DNA of 63,853 nt, filler included, from Caldilineae bacterium (GTDB taxonomy: Bacteria; Chloroflexota; Anaerolineae; DTLA01), in the NCBI GenBank assembly GCA_037446815.1. It is 4 parts of 4 records of this genome, joined end to end, with 100 filler letters (N's around TTAATTAATTAA, not from the genome) between each part and the next. Parts side by side here need not be neighbours in the genome. Positions count along the whole stretch, not along the records: positions 37,241 to 55,426 come from JBBIHX010000051.1; 3 more parts are not named here. The stretch is one strand, 5' to 3'. The notes below the pieces were generated by a model. That model was not told the DNA's origin, ran no database searches, and worked only from the letters and a program-made list of their open reading frames with translations. How positions within the stretch are numbered: the stretch's first letter is position 1; the number at the start of each line of letters is the position of its first letter. Both the position numbers and the translations under genes were made by a program. Positions 40,259 through 49,593 of the stretch are shown here, one piece after another.

Positions 40259-41165
40259 AACGCACGACCTGACACGCCGATTCAACGGCAGTCTGGCCGT
40301 GGATCGCCTCACGATTGACGTTCGCGAGGGCGAAGTTTTCGGCTTCCTGGGCCCCAACGGCGCGGGCAAGACGACCACGGTTCGCATGTTGGCGTGCCTC
40401 ATCCGTCCCACGTCGGGCACGGCGCGCATCAATGGCTACGAACTGGGGCGCGACAATATGCACATCCGCCGCATCTGCGGCATCCTGACCGAGACGCCGG
40501 GCCTCTACGAGAAGCTCAGTGCCGAGGCGAATCTGCTCTACTTCGCCCGCCTGTACGACGCGGAGGACCCCGAGGCGCAGGTGCGCAAGTACCTTCAGAT
40601 GCTGGGCCTGTGGGACAAACGGGATGAACCCGTGGGCACCTTCTCCAAAGGCATGCGGCAGAAGGTGGCCATCGCCCGCGCGCTGATTCACGAGCCGCGC
40701 CTGCTGTTCCTGGACGAGCCGACGGCGGCGTTGGACCCCGAGTCGGCCAAGACCGTCCGCGATTTCATTGAGCAACTCAAGGGCGAGAAGCGCACCATCT
40801 TCTTGTGCACCCACAACCTGGACGAGGCCGAGCGCCTGTGCGACCGCATCGCGGTCATCCGCCAGCGCCTCATCGCCGTGGACACGCCCGATGGCCTCCG
40901 CCGCAGCCTGTTCGGCCGCCAGACGGAAGTCCAGTTGGCCGAAATCACGCCGGCAATGGTGGAAGCCATCCGCAGCCTGGAATTCGTGTCCCACGTGCGG
41001 CACGACGGCAATCGGCTGCTCATCTCGCTTACGGACCCGGACGCGCAGAACCCCGTCATCGTGGAGCGTCTGGTGGGCGTGGGCGCGAAGGTGCGGTACG
41101 TGAGCGAGGTCAAGCATTCCCTGGAAGATGTGTACCTGACGCTGGTGCGGGAGGAGACGCGATGA
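40248..41165 (+). CDS. ABC-2 type exporter ATP-binding protein
   Basis: GPNGAGKTT, FSKGMRQK, LDEPT. Confidence 0.95.
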   Translation: MMIETHDLTRRFNGSLAVDRLTIDVREGEVFGFLGPNGAGKTTTVRMLACLIRPTSGTARINGYELGRDNMHIRRICGILTETPGLYEKLSAEANLLYFARLYDAEDPEAQVRKYLQMLGLWDKRDEPVGTFSKGMRQKVAIARALIHEPRLLFLDEPTAALDPESAKTVRDFIEQLKGEKRTIFLCTHNLDEAERLCDRIAVIRQRLIAVDTPDGLRRSLFGRQTEVQLAEITPAMVEAIRSLEFVSHVRHDGNRLLISLTDPDAQNPVIVERLVGVGAKVRYVSEVKHSLEDVYLTLVREETR

Positions 41166-41944
41166 AAAAGGCGCTGGTCGTATTCCGCAAGGAATGGTAC
41201 GAGATTTTCCGAAACAAACTTCTCGTGTACACGATTCTGGTTCCGCCTGTCCTGTTGGCCATCCTGCCGCTGGTGATGATGTACTTCATGCGCAACGAGC
41301 CGGTGGACCCCGAAGACCTGGCGATGTACTCGCAGTTCGTGGCGGCGCTTCCCTGGCTCACGCCCGAGGAAGTGGTCATGTACGTGCTGCTCAATCAGTT
41401 CATCCTGATGTTCCTGATGATGCCGGTGGTTATCCCCGTTACCATCGCGGCCTTCAGCATCATCGGCGAGAAGGAGCAGCGAAGCCTGGAGCCGCTCCTG
41501 GCGACGCCCATTCGGGTAACCGAACTCCTGGCGGGCAAGACGCTGGCGGCGGTGGTGCCGGCGCTGCTGACCACATGGGCCGCCTTTGCCATCTTCATCG
41601 CGGGGGCGCGGTTCCTGGCGACGCCGGCGCTGTTGCGGGCGCTGTTGTCGCCCATGTGGTGGCTGGCGTTCTTCGTCATGGCGCCGCTGTTCTGCATCCT
41701 GTCCGTCGCCATCGGCGTCGTCATCTCGTCGCGGGTGAATGACACGCGCGTGGCCCAGCAGATCGGCGGACTCATCGTGTTGCCGGTGGTGGCGCTCGCC
41801 ATGTTGCAGACCTTCGGTAAGGTGCTGTACACGACGCAGACCTTCGCCGTGGCCTGCGTGGTGCTGGCGGCGCTGGATGTCCTCGTCATCCGCATTGGCA
41901 GCAGCCTGTTCCAGCGTGAGACAATCCTGACGCGGTGGAAATGA
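41162..41944 (+). CDS. ABC-2 type permease
   Basis: Six TM segments, GEKEQRSLEPLLATP. Confidence 0.92.
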   Translation: MKKALVVFRKEWYEIFRNKLLVYTILVPPVLLAILPLVMMYFMRNEPVDPEDLAMYSQFVAALPWLTPEEVVMYVLLNQFILMFLMMPVVIPVTIAAFSIIGEKEQRSLEPLLATPIRVTELLAGKTLAAVVPALLTTWAAFAIFIAGARFLATPALLRALLSPMWWLAFFVMAPLFCILSVAIGVVISSRVNDTRVAQQIGGLIVLPVVALAMLQTFGKVLYTTQTFAVACVVLAALDVLVIRIGSSLFQRETILTRWK

Positions 41945-42182
41945 GGGGCATCTGCCTCTCGCGTGTGGGCGGCCGGAATTCGNNNNNNNNNNNNNNNNNN
42001 NNNNNNNNNNNNNNNNNNNNNNNNNNNNNNNNNNNNNNNNNNNNNNNNNNNNNNNNNNNNNNNNNNNNNNNNNNNNNNNNNNAGACCTGCCCCTACCCCC
42101 TACGAGACCTGGGCTTATCCATGGGGCGGGGTGAACCAGCCACGGCCCGCGCGGGTAGGTAGTGTACGGGAGGGTACGCGCG

Positions 42183-42377
42183 ATGGAGAACATGCAGAAT
42201 CTGCTGCTCGTGTTGGCCCCGCTCGTCGTGCTGCAGGTGGGGCTGATGGTGTTGGGTTACGTGGATTTGGCGCGGCGCGAGAGCGTGCGCGGCAACCGCA
42301 AGTGGGTTTGGGCGCTGGTGATGCTCATCAGTTTCGTCGGCCCTGTCCTCTACTTCGCTCTGGGGAGAGAGGAGTAG
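42183..42377 (+). CDS. Small membrane protein with PLD nuclease N-terminal (PLDc_N)-like domain
   Basis: DL..R..VRGNRKWVW...GPVLYF.LGR. Confidence 0.85.
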   Translation: MENMQNLLLVLAPLVVLQVGLMVLGYVDLARRESVRGNRKWVWALVMLISFVGPVLYFALGREE

Positions 42378-42379
42378 CC

Positions 42380-43351
42380 ATGTCCGAAGCGGCCATCCGC
42401 TGCGAGAACCTCACGCGCCGATTCGGCAACGTCCTGGCCCTGGACAACCTGACGCTGGAGGTGCAGGTCGGCTCGGTGTTCGGGTTCCTGGGCCCCAACG
42501 GCGCCGGCAAGACGACCACCATCAAGATCCTGACCGGCTTGCTGCGGCCTACCGCCGGCCACGCCTACGTCGCTGGCGAGGAGATTCAGGTGGAACGGGC
42601 GCGAGCGCGGGCGCTATTTGGCTACCTGCCCGAGGAGCCCGTGTTCTACGGTTGGATGACGGCGCGGGAACTCCTCACATACGCGGGCCATCTGTTCGGC
42701 ATTCCCGACCGTGTCCTCAAGCCCCGCGTGGCGGAACTTCTGGACCTGGCGGGGTTGGGCGCCGTGGCCAATCGCAAGGTGGGCGGGTTCTCGCGCGGCA
42801 TGCGCCAGCGGCTGGGGCTTGCCCAGGCGCTCGTCAACAACCCCAAGGTGCTCATCCTGGACGAGCCGGCGTCGGCGCTGGACCCCCTTGGGCGGCACGA
42901 GGTGCTGGCCCTCATCCAGCGCCTCCGCGCCCGCGACGGCATCACCATCTTCATGTCCACCCACATCCTCGCCGACGTGGAGCGAACGTGCGATACCGTC
43001 GCCATCATAGACCGCGGGCGGGTACTGACCGTCGCCGGGCAGGAGGAGTTGCGCCGCCGCTACGCCGTGCCCGTGTTCACGGCGGTCGTAGCGGGCGAGG
43101 AAGCCGACATCCGCGCGCTGCACGAGCGGCTCCAGGCGATGCCCTGGGCCGAGCACGTGGAGCGTTCCAACGACACCCTGCGCGTGTTCGCGAGCGACCC
43201 GGAGGCCGCCCGTCGCGAACTGCCCGCCATCATCACGGCCGGCCCCGCCATCCTCCTGCGGTACGAAGTCGGAACGTCCAGCCTAGAAGACGCCTTTATG
43301 CGGGTGCTGGGGCGAGAACCCGCCCAACGCAGCGCGGCCGGAGGTGGGTGA
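42380..43351 (+). CDS. ABC-2 type exporter ATP-binding protein
   Basis: GPNGAGKTT, FSRGMRQR, LDEP; GGAG RBS. Confidence 0.95.
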   Translation: MSEAAIRCENLTRRFGNVLALDNLTLEVQVGSVFGFLGPNGAGKTTTIKILTGLLRPTAGHAYVAGEEIQVERARARALFGYLPEEPVFYGWMTARELLTYAGHLFGIPDRVLKPRVAELLDLAGLGAVANRKVGGFSRGMRQRLGLAQALVNNPKVLILDEPASALDPLGRHEVLALIQRLRARDGITIFMSTHILADVERTCDTVAIIDRGRVLTVAGQEELRRRYAVPVFTAVVAGEEADIRALHERLQAMPWAEHVERSNDTLRVFASDPEAARRELPAIITAGPAILLRYEVGTSSLEDAFMRVLGREPAQRSAAGGG

Positions 43352-43352
43352 G

Positions 43353-44108
43353 ATGCGGCTTGGGACCCTCCTGAAGAAAGAACTGTGGGAATACCGGCGG
43401 ACCTATCGCGCGGTGGCCCTCGGGGTCGTGTTCCTGCTTTTCGGCATCCTGTCGCCCGCGGCAGCCCGCTACATGCCCGAGATCCTCGGAACCCTGGACA
43501 TGCAGGGCATTGCCATCCAGTTGCCGCCGCCCACCGTGGCCGATGCCAACGCGCAGTTCGTCAAGAACATGTCGCAAATCGGCGCCATTGTGGTCATCCT
43601 CATCGCCATGGGCGCGGTCTCCCGCGAGCGGGACAAGGGGACGGCGGCCTTCACGCTGAGCAAGCCGGTGCCGCGCGGCGCGTTCCTGCTCGCCAAGGCA
43701 CTGGCGCTGCTCATCGTAATGTGGAGCGCGCTGGCCCTGGCGGCCCTCGTCCACTGGTACTACACGCTGCTCCTGCTGGGCCCGCTGCCCCTGGGCGACT
43801 GTGCGGCCATGGCGGCGTTGACCGGCCTGTACCTCACCGCCATCCTCGCCATCACCTTCTTGGGGAGCACCCTCACCAAGAGCCTGGCCGTGTCGGCAGC
43901 GGCCGGGTTTGGCGGGTACTTGGCCATCGGCCTGCTGGGCGCAATCCCGCGCCTGGCTCCCTACTTGCCGGGCGACCTGTTGGGGCGGGCGCTGGCGGCG
44001 GGCAGCGGCGCGCTCCAGATGGCGTGGGGCGGGGTAGTCAGTTCGGTTGTCATCGCGGTGGCGTGCGTGGCGCTGGCTTGGCTCGCGTTCCGCAGGGTGG
44101 AACTATGA
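43353..44108 (+). CDS. ABC-2 type permease
   Basis: Hydrophobic; ERDKGT...SKPVPR..FLLAK. Confidence 0.9.
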   Translation: MRLGTLLKKELWEYRRTYRAVALGVVFLLFGILSPAAARYMPEILGTLDMQGIAIQLPPPTVADANAQFVKNMSQIGAIVVILIAMGAVSRERDKGTAAFTLSKPVPRGAFLLAKALALLIVMWSALALAALVHWYYTLLLLGPLPLGDCAAMAALTGLYLTAILAITFLGSTLTKSLAVSAAAGFGGYLAIGLLGAIPRLAPYLPGDLLGRALAAGSGALQMAWGGVVSSVVIAVACVALAWLAFRRVEL

Positions 44109-44166
44109 GCGCGAGTGCTCCCTCGCCACAGCCACGGGCCATCCCTCGGACAGGCAGGGCGATGTA

Positions 44167-45366
44167 GTGGAACCGCAAGGACCTTCGCGCACTCGCTCCT
44201 TCCCCACGCAGTTGTGGGTGCTGGTGGCGGGCGGGTTCATCAACTCCCTAGGCGGCGCGTTGGTGTTCCCGTTTCTGACGCTGTACCTGCGGCAGCGGCT
44301 GGGAATCCCCCTCCTCCAGGTGGGGCTGGTCTTCACCATCAATGCCGTCGCCAGCCTGGGCGCGGGGATGCTGGGCGGGTTCATCGCCGACCGCTTCGGG
44401 CGCCGCACGGTGATGCTCGTCAGTTTGCTGTCTAGCAGCGTCGTGCTGCTCCTGATGGGCCTGGCATCCACCTACGCGCAGATGGTCGCCCTGGCCGCCG
44501 CCATCGGGCTGACCGGCCCGCTCTCGCAGCCTGCGCGGGACGCCATGGTCGCCGACCTAACCTCGCCGGCGCAGCGGGCCGAAGCCTACAGCATCCTGCG
44601 GGTGGCTTTCAACCTGGGCTACGCCATCGGCCCTGCCATCGGCGGGTTCCTCGCCAGCGTGTCCTACCTGCTGTCGTTTGGCCTGGCCGCAGCGGCATCC
44701 CTGATTGCCTTCGTCCTGACGTGGTTCCTGGTGCGCGAGACCCTGACCGACGCCGCCCGCGCGCACGCCGGCAACAACCCATCGCGCGGATTCGGCCCGG
44801 TCTTTCGCGACACGCCATTCATGCTTTTCTGCGTGTTGGGGCTCTTGACCGCGGTGGCCTACGCGCAAGTAACGACGAACTTGCCGGTGCACATGAAGGA
44901 ATCGCTTGGGCTGGGCGAACGTTACTTCGGATGGGTGATGACGACCAACGCGGCGATGGTGGTGGCGCTCCAAATGGCCATCACCCGCGCCATTGCGCGC
45001 TGGCCGCGGCTACCGACCCTGGCGCTTGGCGCGGCCCTGTACAGCGTCGGCGTGGGCGCCATCGGCCTCGTGTCGGCGTTCCCCGGATTCATCGCCTGCT
45101 CGATCATCTACACCATCGGCGAGATCGTTACCTCCCCCGCGGCCAACGCGTTCACCGCCGACCTGTCGCCGGCCGACATGCGGGGGCGCTACATGGGGCT
45201 GCTCGCGCTCACGTGGGGCGTGGCCTACGGCATCGGCCCCGCGCTGGGCGGCGCCATGTACGACGCGGGTTTCAAGGCCGCCCTGTGGTTTGCGGCAGGC
45301 GGCCTCGCCTTGAGCACGGCCCTGGGCTATCTCTTGCTCCAGCGTTACCTGCGCGCGCGGGGCTAG
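44167..45366 (+). CDS. MFS transporter
   Basis: About 12 TM segments, GFIADRFGRR motif A; start uncertain. Confidence 0.92.
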   Translation: MEPQGPSRTRSFPTQLWVLVAGGFINSLGGALVFPFLTLYLRQRLGIPLLQVGLVFTINAVASLGAGMLGGFIADRFGRRTVMLVSLLSSSVVLLLMGLASTYAQMVALAAAIGLTGPLSQPARDAMVADLTSPAQRAEAYSILRVAFNLGYAIGPAIGGFLASVSYLLSFGLAAAASLIAFVLTWFLVRETLTDAARAHAGNNPSRGFGPVFRDTPFMLFCVLGLLTAVAYAQVTTNLPVHMKESLGLGERYFGWVMTTNAAMVVALQMAITRAIARWPRLPTLALGAALYSVGVGAIGLVSAFPGFIACSIIYTIGEIVTSPAANAFTADLSPADMRGRYMGLLALTWGVAYGIGPALGGAMYDAGFKAALWFAAGGLALSTALGYLLLQRYLRARG

Positions 45367-46780
45367 CGCGGGCTGCGGAATACCACCGGCAGGAAGATGC
45401 GCTTTGCGGCGGGCGGCCTGGTTGCCGTGGGCGTGGCCGTAGCGGTTCTCGTGGGCGTCGCCGTCGGTGTGCGCGTGNNNNNNNNNNNNNNNNNNNNNNN
45501 NNNNNNNNNNNNNNNNNNNNNNNNNNNNNNNNNNNNNNNNNNNNNNNNNNNNNNNNNNNNNNNNNNNNNNNNNNNNNTGCCGTGGGCGTGGCCGTAGCGG
45601 TTCTCGTGGGCGTCGCCGTCGGTGTGCGCGTGGCCGTGGGCGTAGCGGTTCGCGTGGCCGTCGGTGAGGGCGTCGGCGAAGCGGCGGCGCGCCAGGCGTA
45701 CTTCACCCGCACAAGGCCATCGCTCCCCAACTCGGCCCAGGCCAGGTGCACCGTCCCGTTCGGGGCCGCGCCCACCGCCACATCCACAATCAGCCCCGAC
45801 ACCGGCACCGTCTCCGTCGCGCCCCAAGCCCCCGCGGCCCAGCGCCGATACGCCACCGCACCCGCCTGCGCCCAGGCGAGGTGAAGACTGCCGTCGGCGC
45901 CCTGGGCCAAATCGGGCGAGAAAGCGTCGCCCGCGCCCGATACCTGCGTGGCGCTGCCCCACCCTGCCGACGAGCCGGCCGCATAGTAGATGCGGTATCC
46001 CGTCGCCGTCTCCTGCTGCCAGACGGCCTGCGCGCTCCCCGCCGAGCACGCCAGCCGCCCAGCCGAGGCGTTGAATGCGGGCGCATTGGAGACCGACACC
46101 GGCAGCGACCAATCCATGCCAATACGCACCGTGTACCACAGTTGCTGCTTCATTGTGCCCGGGTCTATCTGCTGAAAGAGTAGGTGAATCCCCTGCCCAT
46201 CAAGGCACACGTCGGCGGCGCTCCCCGACACGCCGGGCACCGCGCCGCCAAGCCACGAGCCGGGGCTGCTCCGCGTGGCAAGGTAGACCTCATCATACGC
46301 CGCGCCGCGCTCAGTCCAGGCCGCCGCCAGCAGGGTGTCCCATCGGTCGGCGGCGGGCGCGAAGGAATCTTCCGCCGTTGACAGCAGGCTCACGGGCAGC
46401 GACCACGCGCTCCCATCCCAGTCGGCCTCGTAGATGTCCGCCTGGTCGCCGTACCGCGCGGCAAACGCCAAGTGCGCCGCGCTTCCTTGCCCGCCCACCA
46501 GCGTCGGGCTTGTCCCCTGCGCCACCTCAGCGGCGGCGGGGTTCACCGTCGGCGCGCCGTGGGCGTGGAGCAGGCGGCCATCGTCTTCCCAAATCACGTG
46601 GACCTCGCCCGCCTCGGATACCGCCAGGGCCACGTCGGCAATGCCCGCGGACGCCGACCCCAGGGCAATCGGCGCTGACCAGTCTGTTGCGGACGCGGGC
46701 GCAGGCTCCTCCACCTGGGCGCGGACGGCGGCGCTGATCAGCAAGCACAGGGTTGCCAGGATGATTGCAACGCGGCGCAT
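45363..46780 (-). CDS. Secreted beta-propeller-like protein with Pro/Thr linker and C-terminal FLPVV motif (spans gap 45478-45577)
   Basis: Signal peptide, repeated H(L/V)xW and W-S-x-P strands, TPT repeats, ends RIFLPVVFRSPR*; frame restored if duplicated 55-mer plus Ns are removed. Confidence 0.8.
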
Positions 46781-46848
46781 CGTTCATCTCCAACAAAATG
46801 CCGGGTGCGGAGCAGGCCGCACCCGGCGAAACCACCCATCCCCCTCGC

Positions 46849-48294
46849 CTACTCTGCCGTGCTGCGGATGGCCTCAATCTTCAGGGCAACCATGTGCCCA
46901 CTCACCGAGCGGAGCGCGATGACATGGACGTGAGAACCCACCTCCACCGGGCCGACGATGTTCGTCCACGGGGTAACCCACACGTCGTAGATGACCGGCA
47001 ACATGCCGTCGGGGGCGATCTTCCAGATGCCGGGCACCGGCGACTTCTGCACGACGCGCCCGTTGAACTCCAGGATGTCTGGCGCCGCCTCCTGGACGGT
47101 GATGTGCGACGCCTGCACCACGCGGTCGGTGCGCAGCGTGCCGGTAACGATGGCCATCAGGCCCACGGCGGGAGTCAGGCCCTCTATGACCGTCTCCGGC
47201 GTGATGAGCACCCGTATGCCGCGGACAATCCAGTAATCGTCGTGAATCTCGTCAATGCGGCCCGCGAAGGTGATCTCCTGGTTCAGCGGCGGGCGGAGCA
47301 CCTTGATGCGCAGGGCGACGAGGACGCCGTTCGCATCCGCCGCGCTGCTCACGCTGACGGGCACCGCGACGACATGCACCAGCGCGCCCACGTCGGCAGG
47401 CCCTTTGGTCTCGTCAATCGTCGTGCTGATGGTAACCGTAACGCTGATGACGCTGGGCAGAAGGTCGGTGTTCGTGAGCGGGCGAATGCCCCACACGGCG
47501 GGCGGCTCCTCGGCCGACTTGCTCACGATGATGCCCTGGAAGGCGAGCGGCTCATTCTGCGGCTCGCGCACGCGGATGCGGGTCGCGATTACGGAGCGGT
47601 CCGCTTGCAGATAGCCCTTGACCTCGGCGATGAGACCCACCTGCGGCGTGCCGATGATTTCCGTCGTCGCCGTGATGATGACCTTGACGTTGCGCACGGT
47701 CCATTCCGTGTCGCCGATGCTCTGGATGGGCCCGGTGAATTCCACCTCTACCTGGCTGGGCCGGCGGATGACGATGAGGCGTGCATCCACCTTGCCGTCG
47801 TTGGTGCGGAAGCCCGTAACGTGGGCGATGTCCCCCACGGCAGGCACCGCGCCATCGGGGAGAATCTTGGTCTTGTCGGACACGATCACCGTGTACTGCC
47901 CCACCGTCCACTCGCCCAGCAGCCCTCCGGCGGGGAGCGCCACGATGGGCGCGCTGAACTGCACCGGGCGGAGTTGCGCGGGCGGGCGAAGCACCTTGAT
48001 CATGCGCGCCACCACAGAGCGGTCCTGCTGGCGGACGCCGACGACCTGCACGGTGGCGCCCACGTCGGCGGGGCCGGCCTGCTCGTTGACCACCGTCTGC
48101 TCGGTGAGCCGCACGGTTACGCCGGACACCACCCACTCGGTGGGACTGTGCTTTTCCTGGATAACGCCGGTGAAGCTCACCGTGGGGTTCCCTGGGGGTT
48201 CGGGCGCCGGGCCTTCTGCCAGCGCCACCGGCGCCACGAGAGCAAGGACTGCCATCAATGCCAGCATCGCCGCCAAGAAACGCTTTCGTCTCAT
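46849..48294 (-). CDS. Secreted protein with six DUF5666-like (OB-fold) repeats
   Basis: Signal peptide; six repeats of F.G.I...W.V.G..V.....T......VG..V.V.G......A..I; AAGGAGG RBS. Confidence 0.85.
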   Translation of the reverse strand: MRRKRFLAAMLALMAVLALVAPVALAEGPAPEPPGNPTVSFTGVIQEKHSPTEWVVSGVTVRLTEQTVVNEQAGPADVGATVQVVGVRQQDRSVVARMIKVLRPPAQLRPVQFSAPIVALPAGGLLGEWTVGQYTVIVSDKTKILPDGAVPAVGDIAHVTGFRTNDGKVDARLIVIRRPSQVEVEFTGPIQSIGDTEWTVRNVKVIITATTEIIGTPQVGLIAEVKGYLQADRSVIATRIRVREPQNEPLAFQGIIVSKSAEEPPAVWGIRPLTNTDLLPSVISVTVTISTTIDETKGPADVGALVHVVAVPVSVSSAADANGVLVALRIKVLRPPLNQEITFAGRIDEIHDDYWIVRGIRVLITPETVIEGLTPAVGLMAIVTGTLRTDRVVQASHITVQEAAPDILEFNGRVVQKSPVPGIWKIAPDGMLPVIYDVWVTPWTNIVGPVEVGSHVHVIALRSVSGHMVALKIEAIRSTAE

Positions 48295-48523
48295 TGTTGT
48301 CCTCCTTCGCGAAAGGTAGCGTGCGGGGTCTCCCAGGATTGGCTGGGCGGAGGGAGGCCGCCTGCCGCCCGAATGCTTGGGGGGCATTCGTGGACAGAGG
48401 TTGGGCCAACCCCGGGAGACACCCCGCCGCTTGTTTCCGCTGATTCAAACGCACCACGCCGCTTGCGGATACGGCCACCGCATTGCACATGGGACCGTCG
48501 TAACCGCAGAGGCGGGTCTGGTT

Positions 48524-48548
48524 GGGACAGGTCTCAGACCTGCCCCAC
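48524..48548. repeat. REP-like family C palindrome
   Basis: GGGACAGGTCTCAGACCTGCCCCAC; copies at 42083, 52083, 63667, 63748 and 63801. Confidence 0.8.
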
Positions 48549-48585
48549 AACGCGCCAACACAAGACAGAACCCAATCCAGCCGCG

Positions 48586-48894
48586 GAGTCGGCTTCATCT
48601 TGTGTTGGTGAAACGCATGGGCACTCTCCTCGTGTGTCGTTGCGAGCGAAGCGAAGCAACCTCACGCTCCAGCGATTGCTTCGGGCGCTCCGCGCCCTCG
48701 CAATGACAAATACCAACAGACCGTGAAACCGTGTCAAGCGGCGGACGCGGTTCCAAAGTCTGTCGGCATCTACCGTCATTCTGAGCGGCGAAGCCGCGAA
48801 GAATCTCGCTGCCCGAGATGCTTCGCCTTCGGCTCAGCATGACAGAGTGGGGAGGCGGCGCGCGGGGCAGACCAAAACAAGATGAAACCGACTC
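48586..48894. mobile_element. Composite non-autonomous element (MITE/REP mosaic) with 24-bp terminal inverted repeats
   Basis: GAGTCGGCTTCATCTTGTGTTGGT ... ACCAAAACAAGATGAAACCGACTC (22/24); contains family B (48636-48707) and family A (48775-48843) hairpins. Confidence 0.6.
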
Positions 48895-48909
48895 AAGCGG
48901 CGCGAATGT

Positions 48910-48938
48910 TTGACATCTTTCTGCTCATTCCGTATAAT
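48910..48938 (+). promoter_or_regulatory. Sigma70 promoter
   Basis: TTGACA-N17-TATAAT. Confidence 0.85.
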
Positions 48939-48942
48939 GGCG

Positions 48943-49280
48943 CTGTAGGCCCGTTCAAACATGATGGACGGGTAGCATAGCACGAGGTCAGGAGGGCCGC
49001 TTAGAGAGCACGCGTCTCCAAGAGGCCGCCGATTCTCGTAACGTCAGCGTGGGCTGTTCCGGGGATGCGGCTACGTTCGCGATCAAGGGTCTTGCGGAGC
49101 GAAGATGGTTGAATGCACGTAGAGTGTAGCAACGACGCGAGCGACAGACCATGAGCGGCCCTTGCTGACAACAGCGGGGCCGTTTCTCATGTCCGTGGGA
49201 GCGTCCCGCCTGGCAACGGAATACTGGCCGCCAGGGCGCACCTGCCGCCCACGACAGATGCGCGCTGCTCCGGCCTATAG
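48943..49280 (+). ncRNA. Candidate structured RNA or attenuator leader upstream of rpsU
   Basis: About 340 nt without a credible ORF after a consensus promoter; several long helices including mutually exclusive ones. Confidence 0.5.
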
Positions 49281-49300
49281 GGAAGCGAGGTGAAACACAG

Positions 49301-49507
49301 TTGGCTACCGTTACGTTGCGGTCTGGAGAGTCATACGAGGACCTGCTGCGGCGGTTCCGCAAACAGGTAACTGAGGACAAGATCCTCAGCGTGTACCGCC
49401 AGAAGCGCTGGTATGTCTCCAAGAGCGAACTGAAGCGCAAGGCCAAACGGCGCGGCCTGCGCAAGATGCGTCAACAGCAGCGACGCATGGCCCGCCGCCT
49501 GGAGTAA
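49301..49507 (+). CDS. rpsU: 30S ribosomal protein S21
   Basis: GES.EDLLRRFRKQV...Y.SKSE.KR; GAGGTG RBS with TTG start. Confidence 0.92.
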   Translation: MATVTLRSGESYEDLLRRFRKQVTEDKILSVYRQKRWYVSKSELKRKAKRRGLRKMRQQQRRMARRLE

Positions 49508-49593
49508 GACCAGGGCATCGGCCTTGCGGCAAGAGCGAGGTAGAGGAGCACACAGGCAGCAGGTCGCTCTAGCGGACTGCCGAGTGCGTTTCT

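Noticed and set aside
45423..45632. Apparent frameshift and 55-bp direct repeat in the secreted protein gene
   Set aside because: An identical 55-mer flanks the 100-N gap; removing 155 nt restores one 421-codon frame, so this is probably an assembly overlap.
48258..48840. Short ORFs over intergenic repeats (also 52126-52461, 55064-55482, 59691-60346, 61922-62361)
   Set aside because: Translations of REP sequence (recurring VILSGEAAKNL and SLRAKRSNL), with no RBS support.
48943..49280. tmRNA, RNase P, SRP, T-box or TPP/SAM/cobalamin/glycine/lysine riboswitch
   Set aside because: Hallmark motifs not found by eye; kept only as an unassigned candidate RNA.
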